The notes: generated by a model from the letters alone, not told the origin. A stretch of DNA of 64,000 nucleotides from an uncultured Candidatus Saccharibacteria bacterium (GCA_964641225.1 CAZXKC010000001.1:23268-87267); one strand, 5' to 3'; positions 46,595-56,078 are shown, counted from the first letter of the stretch. Made by a program: numbers and translations.

Positions 46595-46672
46595 ACCTCG
46601 CCGCCAAGTTCCTCGCAAGAGCCCGACAGAACGTGACCCGATGGTCGCGACATACTGTCGGGCTCACGTTTT

Positions 46673-46715
46673 TTAAATACTCAAACAGGTTCTAATCTCC
46701 CTCATCAGCCGGAGC
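46673..46715. repeat. att-tail repeat C (orphan attR; probable island right boundary)
   Basis: CAGGTTCTAATCTCCCTCATCAGCCGGAGC; minus strand LRLMREIRTCLSI*. Confidence 0.85.
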
Positions 46716-46767
46716 AATGTTGAACGAAGGGTTACGAAAATACTAATCCTGAGTGTATACTTTAAGC

Positions 46768-47106
46768 ATGTGGATCAGGAAACGCTATTTATACTTCGGC
46801 ATAGCATTTTCACTACCTTTTCTTATCGCAAACGTGCTAGTTGCGATGCAAGTGAAATTTTTCCTCTCATTCCTTCGTCCATTTGGGCAGACCACGAATT
46901 ACGAGCAAATCATTGTGCTCGTTCTTGTCGCATTCGTGGGTATCGGTGGTTTTGTATCACTGCTGCCGATTTTAAAAGAAAAACGTTTCTATATAGTCAA
47001 TGCTATTGTCGGTGTGGTGCTTGTTGTGTTCTCGCTTTTTGCCGGGTACGGACTAGGTGTCGACGTTTATCACTGTGACGTTCTGCGAATCCCGAATTGC
47101 GATTAG
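46768..47106 (+). CDS. membrane protein
   Basis: Three TM helices; C-terminal CDVLRIPNCD. Confidence 0.65.
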   Translation: MWIRKRYLYFGIAFSLPFLIANVLVAMQVKFFLSFLRPFGQTTNYEQIIVLVLVAFVGIGGFVSLLPILKEKRFYIVNAIVGVVLVVFSLFAGYGLGVDVYHCDVLRIPNCD

Positions 47107-47200
47107 TGTAACATTAAAGCGATTGGAACCCTCTTGTATTAAGGTGTTAAGAGTCTTAACGGTTTGGAGTAAAGTAAATTTGTGGTGTTAGGATTAATCT

Positions 47201-47452
47201 ATGCCCAAAGAAATAATAGCTGCCGGTGTAGTACACGAGCTACCTGCTGATTTACGGGAGGCTCTTGTGTCTGCGCCAAAGGCGCTCGTAGTTTGGGAAG
47301 ATATTACACCGCTCGCGCGTAACGAATGGATTTGTTGGGTTACGTCCGGTAAAAAAGAAGAGACAAGGGGTATTCGTATTGAGAAGGCGCTTTCGAAACT
47401 TAAGGGTGGGATGCGTCGGCCTTGTTGTTGGGCGGGATGTCCGCACCGCTAA
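47201..47452 (+). CDS. YdeI/OmpD-associated family protein
   Basis: LPADL...ITPLARNEWICWV..KKEETR...RRPCCWAGC. Confidence 0.85.
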   Translation: MPKEIIAAGVVHELPADLREALVSAPKALVVWEDITPLARNEWICWVTSGKKEETRGIRIEKALSKLKGGMRRPCCWAGCPHR

Positions 47453-47526
47453 ATAAGAAAGATCGTTCCTTGGATTGAGTTGTTTTTATTGCATTCCCAG
47501 GAGATCGGCGTTATATTGAAAATAAT

Positions 47527-47754
47527 ATGAAATATACTTACAAAATTGCTTCTTTCGTGCCAAAAGTCAAAGGTTGTGGCGCTCAGGACAACGGTTGGGA
47601 CCAGCAGCGTTGTGAGCAATTTCAGCTTTTTTTGAATAGTCATGCAGACGAGGGATGGAAGCTTCATTCTACTGAATATAGAAACGTAATCGTCAAAGGG
47701 TGCGGCGGAAAAAACGGTAATTTGTTAATCTGTACGTTCGAGAAACAGGCTTAA
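47527..47754 (+). CDS. DUF4177-like small protein
   Basis: LNSHADEGWKL...LICTFEK. Confidence 0.6.
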   Translation: MKYTYKIASFVPKVKGCGAQDNGWDQQRCEQFQLFLNSHADEGWKLHSTEYRNVIVKGCGGKNGNLLICTFEKQA

Positions 47755-47966
47755 TGGCATGGCTCGCTAGACAATTAATTCTTTTTTATCAGCGGCATTT
47801 GCGAACGTTGCATAACCGGGAATGTATTTATTCTCCAACCTGTTCTGAGTATGCATTAATCGTGTTAAGAAAATATGGATTTTTTCACGGGATCTACTAT
47901 GCATATTTACGTATAAAGCGTTGTAACGGCGCTCTTTATCAAGGCGGCGAAGATTATCCTAATTAG
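47754..47966 (+). CDS. yidD: membrane protein insertion efficiency factor YidD-like
   Basis: CIYSPTCSEYA...KYG...RIKRCN...GEDYP. Confidence 0.75.
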   Translation: MAWLARQLILFYQRHLRTLHNRECIYSPTCSEYALIVLRKYGFFHGIYYAYLRIKRCNGALYQGGEDYPN

Positions 47967-48016
47967 GTGAGGTCGTGGCATAATTGAACCATCACTTTTT
48001 CGTCATATATAACCTA

Positions 48017-48220
48017 ATGAAGTACGTTAAATATCACAACGATGGCAGTGTCTGGGCTAAGGGCACTTTGGTCGAAGGGATCATGGAAGACAAGTGGGAA
48101 TGGTTTAGAAAAGATGGGACAAAGATGCGGGCCGGAAGTTTTAAGAAGGGTAAACAAATCGGAGAGTGGATTACGTATAATAAAAAAGGTGCGATAGTTA
48201 AGAAGACAATTATAAAATAA
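48017..48220 (+). CDS. MORN-variant repeat small protein
   Basis: WEWFRKDGTKMRAGSF..GKQIGEWITY. Confidence 0.7.
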   Translation: MKYVKYHNDGSVWAKGTLVEGIMEDKWEWFRKDGTKMRAGSFKKGKQIGEWITYNKKGAIVKKTIIK

Positions 48221-48233
48221 TTTATATACCTAT

Positions 48234-48656
48234 ATGGATCCTGTAGTACATTTTGAAATGGGATACAATGATCGGGAGCGGGCGAAGAAATTTTATTCGA
48301 CAGCGTTTGGTTGGGAGATGCAGCAGATGGGAGCGGAGATGGGTAATTATGTTGTTGCTCACACGAGCGAGACCGACGCGAATGGCATGCTTAAGAAGCC
48401 CGGCATGATTAACGGCGGATTTTATGCAAAAACAGATAGCCCAGATTCGCAGGCGCCGTCTGTAGTGATTGCAGTTAAAGATATCAAGCAGTCCATGAAG
48501 GTGGTCGTTGAGGCTGGCGGTACGATTTTGGGCGGGATGGACCAGAAGGGTAATCGATCGATGGAGCCGCAGATGATTCCTGGTATTGGCCTGTGGATTT
48601 CTGCTATGGATACTGAGGGGAATCGTTTCTCGATCCTGCAACCTAATACCATGTAA
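48234..48656 (+). CDS. VOC/glyoxalase family protein
   Basis: VVHFE...FYSTAFGW...DTEGNR. Confidence 0.9.
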   Translation: MDPVVHFEMGYNDRERAKKFYSTAFGWEMQQMGAEMGNYVVAHTSETDANGMLKKPGMINGGFYAKTDSPDSQAPSVVIAVKDIKQSMKVVVEAGGTILGGMDQKGNRSMEPQMIPGIGLWISAMDTEGNRFSILQPNTM

Positions 48657-48669
48657 TTAATAGATATTT

Positions 48670-49164
48670 ATGGCTCAAAAAATTACTCCGTTTCTGTGGT
48701 TTGATCGAAATTGTGAAGAGGCTTTGAATTTTTACGTATCGATTTTTAAGAACGCAAAGATTGTGAGCATAAAGCGTTATGAGCAGGATGTGCCGCAATC
48801 GGGCGTGACCGGGATGGTGGGCAAGGTGCTGACCGCTGTATTTGAGCTGGAGGGTCAGAGATTTATGGCGCTTGATGGTGGGCCGTACTTTAAACCAACA
48901 GCGGCAATTTCGTTGTATGTTGAATGCGCAGATCAGGCTGAGGTTGATCAGTATTGGGGTAAGTTGTCAGAAGGCGGCGATCCGAATGCGCAGCAGTGCG
49001 GATGGCTGATGGATAAGTTTGGTTTTTCGTGGCAGATTGTACCAAAGCGTCTACCTGAATTACTGAATGATCCGGATAAGGCAAAGGCGGGCCGGGCAAT
49101 GGCCGCGATGCTGCAGATGAAAAAAATTGATATTGCTACATTAGAAAAAGCTTTTGCTGGTTAG
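48670..49164 (+). CDS. VOC family protein (PhnB/3-demethylubiquinone-MT-like)
   Basis: QKITPFLWF...QCGWLMDKFGFSWQIVP. Confidence 0.9.
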   Translation: MAQKITPFLWFDRNCEEALNFYVSIFKNAKIVSIKRYEQDVPQSGVTGMVGKVLTAVFELEGQRFMALDGGPYFKPTAAISLYVECADQAEVDQYWGKLSEGGDPNAQQCGWLMDKFGFSWQIVPKRLPELLNDPDKAKAGRAMAAMLQMKKIDIATLEKAFAG

Positions 49165-49170
49165 TCGCTT

Positions 49171-49965
49171 ATGAAACGATCATTTAGCATACTACTTGTT
49201 CTATTGATTCTTGGCATTATTGCATACGCTGTGATGTCTAAAAATGATTCCCAAAATCAAACTTCGCCGGTAACCGACACTCAGCCTGTTATGACATCAA
49301 TCGATGTCACTGCAATCTCTCACGCAACTGCCGTTTTAGATTGGGGCGGTACCAGTATTTATACTGATCCAGTTGGCGATGTAGCCGCATTCTCGGGCCA
49401 GTCGCGCCCAGACATTATTATGGTTACCGACATTCATGGTGACCACTTTAGTACAAGTACGCTCTCTGCTATCACTACGAGTTCAACACTACTTATTGTT
49501 CCTAAGGTGGTTGCTGATCAGCTACCAAAACAGCTGGCGAGTTCGACACGCGTACTTGCTAATGGCGAAATGGTATCGCGAAACGGTTTTACCATCACTG
49601 CTATCCCAATGTATAATCTGCCAGAAACCGCAGATGCCCGCCACACAAAAGGTCGCGGTAATGGCTACGTGATTGAGCGTGATGGTCGTCGCGTGTATGT
49701 TGCCGGTGATACTTCGGCAACTCCCGAAATGCAGGCTCTGCAGCATATTGAAATCGCATTTATTCCGATGAATATGCCGTTTACGATGAGTGTTGAGGAG
49801 GCAGCCGCTGGCGTGCTCGCATTTAAACCAGCCAAAGTGTATCCCTACCATTATCGCGGTCAGACTGGCTTGAGTGATATTAATAAGTTTAAACAACTTG
49901 TTAATGCCGGCGATCCAAATATCGAGGTTATTCTATTAAACTGGTATCCTGATAATGCGCAGTAA
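49171..49965 (+). CDS. MBL-fold metallo-hydrolase with N-terminal anchor
   Basis: TDIHGDH, VYVAGDT, YPYHY. Confidence 0.88.
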   Translation: MKRSFSILLVLLILGIIAYAVMSKNDSQNQTSPVTDTQPVMTSIDVTAISHATAVLDWGGTSIYTDPVGDVAAFSGQSRPDIIMVTDIHGDHFSTSTLSAITTSSTLLIVPKVVADQLPKQLASSTRVLANGEMVSRNGFTITAIPMYNLPETADARHTKGRGNGYVIERDGRRVYVAGDTSATPEMQALQHIEIAFIPMNMPFTMSVEEAAAGVLAFKPAKVYPYHYRGQTGLSDINKFKQLVNAGDPNIEVILLNWYPDNAQ

Positions 49966-50070
49966 GAAGATCCTTAGAAAGGTTTGCAGCCGCGGACACA
50001 AATATAAAAGTCCTGGACCATGTCCGGTTTGTTGGCCCGGGCGCCTTAAAAAAATTAAGAAATAAAATAT

Positions 50071-50463
50071 ATGAGCTACGTTGATGGATTCGTAATAGTG
50101 CTTCCCAAGAAAAATATAGACGCCTATAAGGCAATGGCGACAGACGGCGCTAAGATTTGGCGTAAGCACGGTGCTCTTGATTACAAGGAGTGTGTTGGCG
50201 ACGATCTTCGTCCGCAGATGCCGGATATGCCTGATGTGCCTGGCATGAAGATGTGGAATTTCCCGGATATGGTCAAACTTAAAGAAGACGAGACGGTTGT
50301 GTTTTCCTATATTGTCTATAAAGACCGCGCTCACCGCGATGAGGTTAACGCAAAGGTTATGCAAGATCCGTATATGAACGATCCTGCGCAGAAAGATAAG
50401 CCAATGCCATTTGAAATGAACAAGATGGCCTACGGAGGTTTTACGGTGCTCGTTGAACAATAG
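50071..50463 (+). CDS. DUF1428 family protein
   Basis: YVDGFV...ECVGDD...ETVVFS...HRDEVNAKVM...MAYGGF. Confidence 0.9.
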   Translation: MSYVDGFVIVLPKKNIDAYKAMATDGAKIWRKHGALDYKECVGDDLRPQMPDMPDVPGMKMWNFPDMVKLKEDETVVFSYIVYKDRAHRDEVNAKVMQDPYMNDPAQKDKPMPFEMNKMAYGGFTVLVEQ

Positions 50464-50467
50464 AGAG

Positions 50468-51283
50468 CTAACGACCTGCGTGCTTTCTAAATAATCGCGT
50501 TGCGATTGGTACTGCGATTATGATGATGCCGATACACCAAACGGCAGCGATCCAGCCGTGGTCACCAATCGGCTGTCCTGTCATGAGCGCACGAATTGCC
50601 TCGATCACGTGAGTAACCGGTTGATTTTCTGCGAAGAGGCGCAGAGCTTTTGGCATACTGGCAGTTGGCACGAAGGCGGCTGAGGCGAAGGTGAGCGGGA
50701 AGACAAGGAAGAATCCCATCCATTGAACTGCCTCGGCGCTTTTTGCGATCATTCCTAAGATTGCGGAGATCCAGGACATCGCGAGTGTGAACAGCAAGAT
50801 AATGCCAACAATCTCGAGCCACTGCAGAAGCGTTGCCTCCGGACGAAAGCCGACTAAAAAGCCGACGCTGATCATGATGACCGAGGCGATGATGTTGCGG
50901 AATAAGTCTGCCGTGATGTGACCGGTGATTACCGCCAGACTAAAGATCGGTAGCGATTTAAGTCGATCGATAATTCCTTTTTGCAGATCAGTAGCAACCG
51001 AGAGTGAGGTGGTGAGTGATCCAAACGCAACGGATTGCACGAGGATGCCGGCCATTAAAAAGTTTACATAGCTAATGCCGGTGTTAATTGCGCCGCCAAA
51101 TACATAACGGAACAAGAGCATAAACATGATCGGTTGGATCGTGAGCCCCAGCAGCTGGTCTTTATTTTTGAGGATGTGGGTGAGACTGCGTTTAATCAGT
51201 GTTACGCAGTCTATAAGCGTAAAGTAAAAACGCGAACCATGTTGAGGTTTAACCTCTCCCGTCATGTAGGGTTGTGTAGTCAT
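50468..51283 (-). CDS. ABC-2 transporter permease (DrrB-like)
   Basis: QPIMFMLLFRYVFGG; FASAAFVP..MP; NQPVT. Confidence 0.92.
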   Translation of the reverse strand: MTTQPYMTGEVKPQHGSRFYFTLIDCVTLIKRSLTHILKNKDQLLGLTIQPIMFMLLFRYVFGGAINTGISYVNFLMAGILVQSVAFGSLTTSLSVATDLQKGIIDRLKSLPIFSLAVITGHITADLFRNIIASVIMISVGFLVGFRPEATLLQWLEIVGIILLFTLAMSWISAILGMIAKSAEAVQWMGFFLVFPLTFASAAFVPTASMPKALRLFAENQPVTHVIEAIRALMTGQPIGDHGWIAAVWCIGIIIIAVPIATRLFRKHAGR

Positions 51284-51284
51284 A

Positions 51285-52244
51285 TTATTTTGTCTCTTCG
51301 CTTATTTTTTCGGCCTTGTGTCCCGTTAAATTCAAAAATACGTCGTCAAGAGTCGGCTTGTGTAGTGATAGTGTTTCAATTTCAATTCCGCCAGCTGAAA
51401 CCTGGTCAAGGATTCGTTTAACCTCAGTGACGCTACCATCGGTAGCTAGGCTGATCGTTCGCTCCTGCGCGTTTTTTTGTATAGCTTCGCCCTTAATAAG
51501 GCCAATGGCTTTTTCAAAATCAGTAGAGGATTTAATAGTCAGCTCAAGTCGCTCTTTGCCAACGCGTGATTTTAATTCTGCCGCAGTGCCTTGTGCGATA
51601 ATTTTACCGCCATCGATAACTGCAATTTTGTCTGCAAGTTGATCCGCCTCTTCAAGATACTGAGTTGTCAGTAAGATGGTTACATCGGCCTCAACAAGTT
51701 TTTTGATAACAGACCACATTGCAAGCCGGCTGCGCGGATCAAGTCCTGTGGTTGGTTCGTCTAAAAAGATCACCGGAGGAGTGGCAATCAGTGAAAGCGC
51801 CAAATCAAGTCGGCGGCGCATACCACCGGAATACGTTTTAACCTGTCGATTTGCCGCATCAACAAGGTCGAACATTTCCAGTAGCTCTTGTGCTCTGCGT
51901 TTGGCGTCGGCCTTGCTGAGGTGATAGAGCCGGCCCATCATGTGTAGGTTTTCAGTCGCAGTCAGATACTCGTCGACGGCGGCGTATTGGCCGGTTAGAC
52001 CAATACTCTCGCGTACGTTGTGGGCCTGGGTGGCAACATTAAAGCCATTGACGGTCACTGTTCCTTCGTCTTGAGCGAGTAGCGTACTTAAGATACGGAT
52101 CGTGGTTGTCTTGCCGGCGCCGTTTGGCCCGAGGAGCGCCAACATCGTTCCGCGCTCGACCTCCAGATTAACTCCCTTTAACACGTCGTTATTCTTAAAA
52201 GATTTTTTAAGATTTTTAACGACGATTGCGTTATCGTGTGGCAT
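51285..52244 (-). CDS. ABC transporter ATP-binding protein (DrrA-like)
   Basis: GPNGAGKTT, YSGGMRRRLD, FLDEPTTGLDP; start reassigned to 52244. Confidence 0.95.
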   Translation of the reverse strand: MPHDNAIVVKNLKKSFKNNDVLKGVNLEVERGTMLALLGPNGAGKTTTIRILSTLLAQDEGTVTVNGFNVATQAHNVRESIGLTGQYAAVDEYLTATENLHMMGRLYHLSKADAKRRAQELLEMFDLVDAANRQVKTYSGGMRRRLDLALSLIATPPVIFLDEPTTGLDPRSRLAMWSVIKKLVEADVTILLTTQYLEEADQLADKIAVIDGGKIIAQGTAAELKSRVGKERLELTIKSSTDFEKAIGLIKGEAIQKNAQERTISLATDGSVTEVKRILDQVSAGGIEIETLSLHKPTLDDVFLNLTGHKAEKISEETK

Positions 52245-52267
52245 AGTGAAAATTTTAAGATGAGGTC

Positions 52268-52346
52268 TAGTATACCCCCACACCTAAGATTTGGGTAGTT
52301 GCGTTTATTATTAATAGCTCCATGCCTTAGGTGTGGGGGTATACTA
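52268..52346. repeat. 21-bp perfect inverted repeat with 37-bp spacer
   Basis: TAGTATACCCCCACACCTAAG (52268-52288) and CTTAGGTGTGGGGGTATACTA (52326-52346). Confidence 0.9.
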
Positions 52347-52396
52347 CTGACGCTCTATTTATGAAAGGCATTAGATTCTCGGGCCTTCAGAGGGGA

Positions 52397-52813
52397 TTAG
52401 TCCATCCCGTGTACCACTTCGCCTGCCGGTTCCTTGCGGGTTAGACAGTATATATCATCGCCAAATAGCGCCGTAGCCAGCGTGGCAAAACTAAGTCCAA
52501 AATCGCGTACACCAACTGCAGTGAGGCCGAGGTGTGAGGTGATTACAAAGAGGTGAATAGCAAGGAGGCCGGCGACCCAACGGACGTATATGCCGGTGCC
52601 AAGTAAAAGAGCGCATACTACCTCTAAGACTCCGTTGGCGTGCACGATATCAAGTGCGGTCAGGCCGGCTACTGCCGTGGCCCAGCTCGGTACAAGATTT
52701 ACCCAGGCGGCCCCATTAACAAGCTGGGATACGCCAAACCAGGTGAATACGGCCGTTAATCCAAGTCGGAGGACAATCGGCGCATACTGTGGCCATGTGT
52801 GAGTGTTGATCAT
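52397..52813 (-). CDS. DoxX-family membrane protein
   Basis: LRLGL..F.WFG; GVLE; VRDFGL. Confidence 0.8.
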   Translation of the reverse strand: MINTHTWPQYAPIVLRLGLTAVFTWFGVSQLVNGAAWVNLVPSWATAVAGLTALDIVHANGVLEVVCALLLGTGIYVRWVAGLLAIHLFVITSHLGLTAVGVRDFGLSFATLATALFGDDIYCLTRKEPAGEVVHGMD

Positions 52814-52818
52814 GGTAT

Positions 52819-53211
52819 TTATTTTTTAAGCACACCGATTTTAAATGACGCCAGCGCGCTTTCTGGTCCGCCTTGTCCGGCGTGTTGGTTATTGAAGGTT
52901 GAGGAGCCGTCTGTGCCGCACAATTTTATAATTGCAGATTCACCGCCTGGGTGCTGGGCGATCCAGGAGGTCAGGTCGTAGACTGAGCCGTTTACTGTCG
53001 TCCAACAACTTTTTGTATCTTTGTGTGTTGCAACTTGAGCCAGCGTGTAGGGCGTCGTTGGATTTACTACTGTTGCAGTCGAGGAGGCCGTCTGCGTACT
53101 GCCCGGCCTCCGCCCAGATCCGCTTGTCTGCGGTTGGCTGTAGGCTATGGTTGCTGATGCGGCGAAGACAATGAGTCCTAGCGTAAGACCAATAATTTTT
53201 TGTTTAGGCAT
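52819..53211 (-). CDS. cytochrome b5-like heme-binding protein
   Basis: YTLAQVATH..SCW..VNGSVYDLT.W...HPGG. Confidence 0.9.
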   Translation of the reverse strand: MPKQKIIGLTLGLIVFAASATIAYSQPQTSGSGRRPGSTQTASSTATVVNPTTPYTLAQVATHKDTKSCWTTVNGSVYDLTSWIAQHPGGESAIIKLCGTDGSSTFNNQHAGQGGPESALASFKIGVLKK

Positions 53212-53328
53212 ATGCTTATATACTATACTACACGCTCGGTGAGCATGTATTTCATATGACGTTCTAAGTGTATCGATGATTATTCGTCAGGTATACTATC
53301 TGTAAGACCTACTAAATACAATTTATAT

Positions 53329-53730
53329 ATGGATAAAGTACAGCATTTTGAAATTCCGGCAGATGATCTTGCGCGCGCTCGAAAATTTTATGAAGCGGTA
53401 TTTGATTGGAAGACCTCAGATTTTCCAATGCCTGATGGCTCGCAGTATGTTGGCCTGCATACCGTGGAGGTTGATGAGAAGACCCATATGCCTAAAGAGG
53501 TTGCTTCTATTAATGGAGGTATGTTTAAGCGTGGCGGCACATTTCCGATTACGGCACCCACGGTCGCCGTTGTAGTGGCCGACATCAGCGCTGCAATCGA
53601 AAAAGTAAAATCAAACGGCGGCAGCGTGCTCATGGATGTTATGAATATGGCGGGAATGGGTCTGTATGCATACGTGAAAGATTCTGAGGGAAATATAATT
53701 GGCGTGTGGCAGGAATTAAAGAAATCGTAA
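53329..53730 (+). CDS. VOC/glyoxalase family protein
   Basis: VQHFEIPADD...DSEGNIIG. Confidence 0.9.
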   Translation: MDKVQHFEIPADDLARARKFYEAVFDWKTSDFPMPDGSQYVGLHTVEVDEKTHMPKEVASINGGMFKRGGTFPITAPTVAVVVADISAAIEKVKSNGGSVLMDVMNMAGMGLYAYVKDSEGNIIGVWQELKKS

Positions 53731-53733
53731 TAT

Positions 53734-54357
53734 ATGAATCGAAAAACGCTTATCGGAATTATTGTTGTCCTGGTTGCTGCAGTTGGCTTCAGTATCTATC
53801 TCAAGCCGACTGTGCCGGCTGGTCAGGTGTGTACGATGGAGGCGAAGATGTGTCCGGATGGTAGTTATGTTGGCCGAACTGGTCCGATGTGTGAGTTTGC
53901 AGCCTGCCCCGCGGCCGGCTCAACCTCTGGAGTTCTGTGGAATACAACTACTGATGCTGCGCAGAAGATTACCTATCAATATCCAGATCATCTGCTGACT
54001 ACATTTATTGCGTCGGTTGATTGGCCACCCCAAGTTCGTATCACGAGCGGATCATTTTCGTGTCTTGAAGCCGGATCTGAAATAGGGCGGGCTGGTAAGA
54101 CTGAAAAGCGTATGGTGGGTAATCGTATGTATTGTCTGACGCGCGAAAGCGAGGGGGCTGCCGGTAGCGTGTATACCATGTATGCGTACATCACTGAAAA
54201 GCAGGGGAGGTTGATTACGCTTACATTTAGTCTGCGTGCGCCACAATGTGATAATTACGATGATCCGCAAAAAACTGAGTGTAAAAATGAGCGGGAAACC
54301 TTTGATATAGATGGCGTTGTTGATCGTATCGTTGAGAGTATTCAGTTCACACAGTAG
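53734..54357 (+). CDS. membrane-anchored Cys-rich hypothetical protein
   Basis: N-terminal TM helix; CTMEAKMCPDGSYVGRTGPMCEFAACP module. Confidence 0.75.
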   Translation: MNRKTLIGIIVVLVAAVGFSIYLKPTVPAGQVCTMEAKMCPDGSYVGRTGPMCEFAACPAAGSTSGVLWNTTTDAAQKITYQYPDHLLTTFIASVDWPPQVRITSGSFSCLEAGSEIGRAGKTEKRMVGNRMYCLTRESEGAAGSVYTMYAYITEKQGRLITLTFSLRAPQCDNYDDPQKTECKNERETFDIDGVVDRIVESIQFTQ

Positions 54358-54753
54358 AGGATCCCGAGCTTGGCTATCCGTTTTTAATTGCAAACGCAGG
54401 TTTTCCGGTTGTCGTGAGTCAATTCCATTGGTTATTTTCAATGATGATTCCGATATCATTTTTAGGTTCGCTGCTGATCTACCGAGGGATTCGTAGCGCA
54501 GCACTGCCGCAGGCAAAAAATATCGATATCTATCTTGCGGGTTGGTTTCTGCAGTTATTTCGACGTGGACGATACTGCATTATTCATCGCAATTTTGGTT
54601 TATTGCTGTGCTAACGACGGCCACGCTCTATGTGCTTAAAAGTACAAGCGTGATTCTTTTGACGTGCGCATTTGCCCTTGCGGGTCGCGGTCAGACCGTT
54701 AGGCAGCGGTAGGGCTTGACTCTTTTTATTAAAAAGGATACTATTGTATCCTT

Positions 54754-56052
54754 ATGGAAAATCAGGTTCCGCAGACAGAGGCTAATTTTTTCGGTCTTGG
54801 GATTGCTCCTAAGTTGTTAGAAATTCTTGCCAGTAAAAAATTTGTAACCCCAACGCCGATCCAGCAGCGTTCTATTCCGATTGCGCTTGAAGGAAAAGAT
54901 TTGGTTGGTATCGCGCAAACCGGCACCGGTAAAACTCTGGCGTTTGGTATTCCGCTGCTTCAGCGACTTGCGAGCATGAAAGGCGCTCGAGGGTTAATTT
55001 TGGTTCCTACGCGTGAACTTGCCTTGCAGGTAGATGAGTCGCTGCGCGCGCTGGCTACACCGCTGGGGGCTAAGACCTGTGTAGTAATTGGTGGAGCATC
55101 AATGTATAACCAGGTGATGCAGTTGCGCCGCAATCCGCATATTATTATCGCTACCCCAGGTCGGTTAAACGACCACCTTGAGTCAGGCAGCGTGAATCTC
55201 TCACAGGTAAAAATTCTCGTGCTTGATGAGGCGGACCGCATGCTCGACATGGGTTTTGAGCCTCAAATTAGTCGGATTTTGACGACGGTTTCCAAAGAGC
55301 GTCAGACGCTCTTGTTCTCGGCGACCATGCCAGACCAAATTGTAAAAATTGCGCAGAAATATATGCAGCTACCGCTACGTGTTGAGGTTGCGCGCGCCGG
55401 TACGGCTGCTGAAAAGGTGATTCAAGGATTATTTATTGTCCAAAAATTTGCTAAGACGCAATTGCTTGCCTCGCTACTCAGTCAGTATCGCGGTACCGTA
55501 CTCGTGTTCGTTCGCACAAAGCATGGTGCTCACCGGTTGACGCGTGATTTACACGCACTTGGGTATACCGCCGCAGAAATTCACGGCGACCGTTCGCTCT
55601 CTCAACGCAAAGAGGCGCTTTCTGGATTTAAGACAGGCAAGTATCGTATTTTGGTGGCGACTGATATTGCCGCGCGCGGTATTGATGTTAATGGAATCGA
55701 GCTGGTGCTTAACTTTGATCTGCCGACAAATCCGGAGGATTATGTGCACCGTATTGGCCGTACTGGCCGCGCCGGAATGGCCGGCCGCGCTATCTCGCTG
55801 GCTACACCGGATCAGCGCAATGATGTGCGTACGATTGAGCGACTCATGCGCATTGTCTTGCCGATTTTGAAATTACCTGCAGATATGCCGGCGCTTCCGC
55901 CGATGCCAAAACACGAATATATTGAAACACCAGCGCGCGGACCACGTCGTCCTTCATATGGCGGCGGTAATCGTTCGGGGGGATTTGGCCAACGCCGTTT
56001 CGGCGGCAGTGGGCCTTCTCGCGGCGGTAATCGCTTCGGTGGCCGCAGGTAG
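54754..56052 (+). CDS. DEAD-box RNA helicase (RhlE-like)
   Basis: AQTGTGKT, PTRELA, DEAD, SAT, HRIGRTGR; promoter TTGACT-17-TACTAT upstream. Confidence 0.96.
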   Translation: MENQVPQTEANFFGLGIAPKLLEILASKKFVTPTPIQQRSIPIALEGKDLVGIAQTGTGKTLAFGIPLLQRLASMKGARGLILVPTRELALQVDESLRALATPLGAKTCVVIGGASMYNQVMQLRRNPHIIIATPGRLNDHLESGSVNLSQVKILVLDEADRMLDMGFEPQISRILTTVSKERQTLLFSATMPDQIVKIAQKYMQLPLRVEVARAGTAAEKVIQGLFIVQKFAKTQLLASLLSQYRGTVLVFVRTKHGAHRLTRDLHALGYTAAEIHGDRSLSQRKEALSGFKTGKYRILVATDIAARGIDVNGIELVLNFDLPTNPEDYVHRIGRTGRAGMAGRAISLATPDQRNDVRTIERLMRIVLPILKLPADMPALPPMPKHEYIETPARGPRRPSYGGGNRSGGFGQRRFGGSGPSRGGNRFGGRR

Positions 56053-56078
56053 ACAGTGTCTTTTTTTTGCGTTTTTCA

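Noticed and set aside
46105-46618. Several overlapping ORFs on both strands
   Set aside because: Expected shadow ORFs of one GC-rich gene; only 46151-46594 has an SD and consistent codon bias
44016-46715. ~30-bp repeats as a CRISPR array
   Set aside because: Spacing is about 1.0 and 1.7 kb with whole genes between; no cas genes; repeats end in the tRNA 3' sequence
54414-54661. Possible frameshifted small membrane gene
   Set aside because: Hydrophobic stretches in two frames but no recognisable family; cannot be supported
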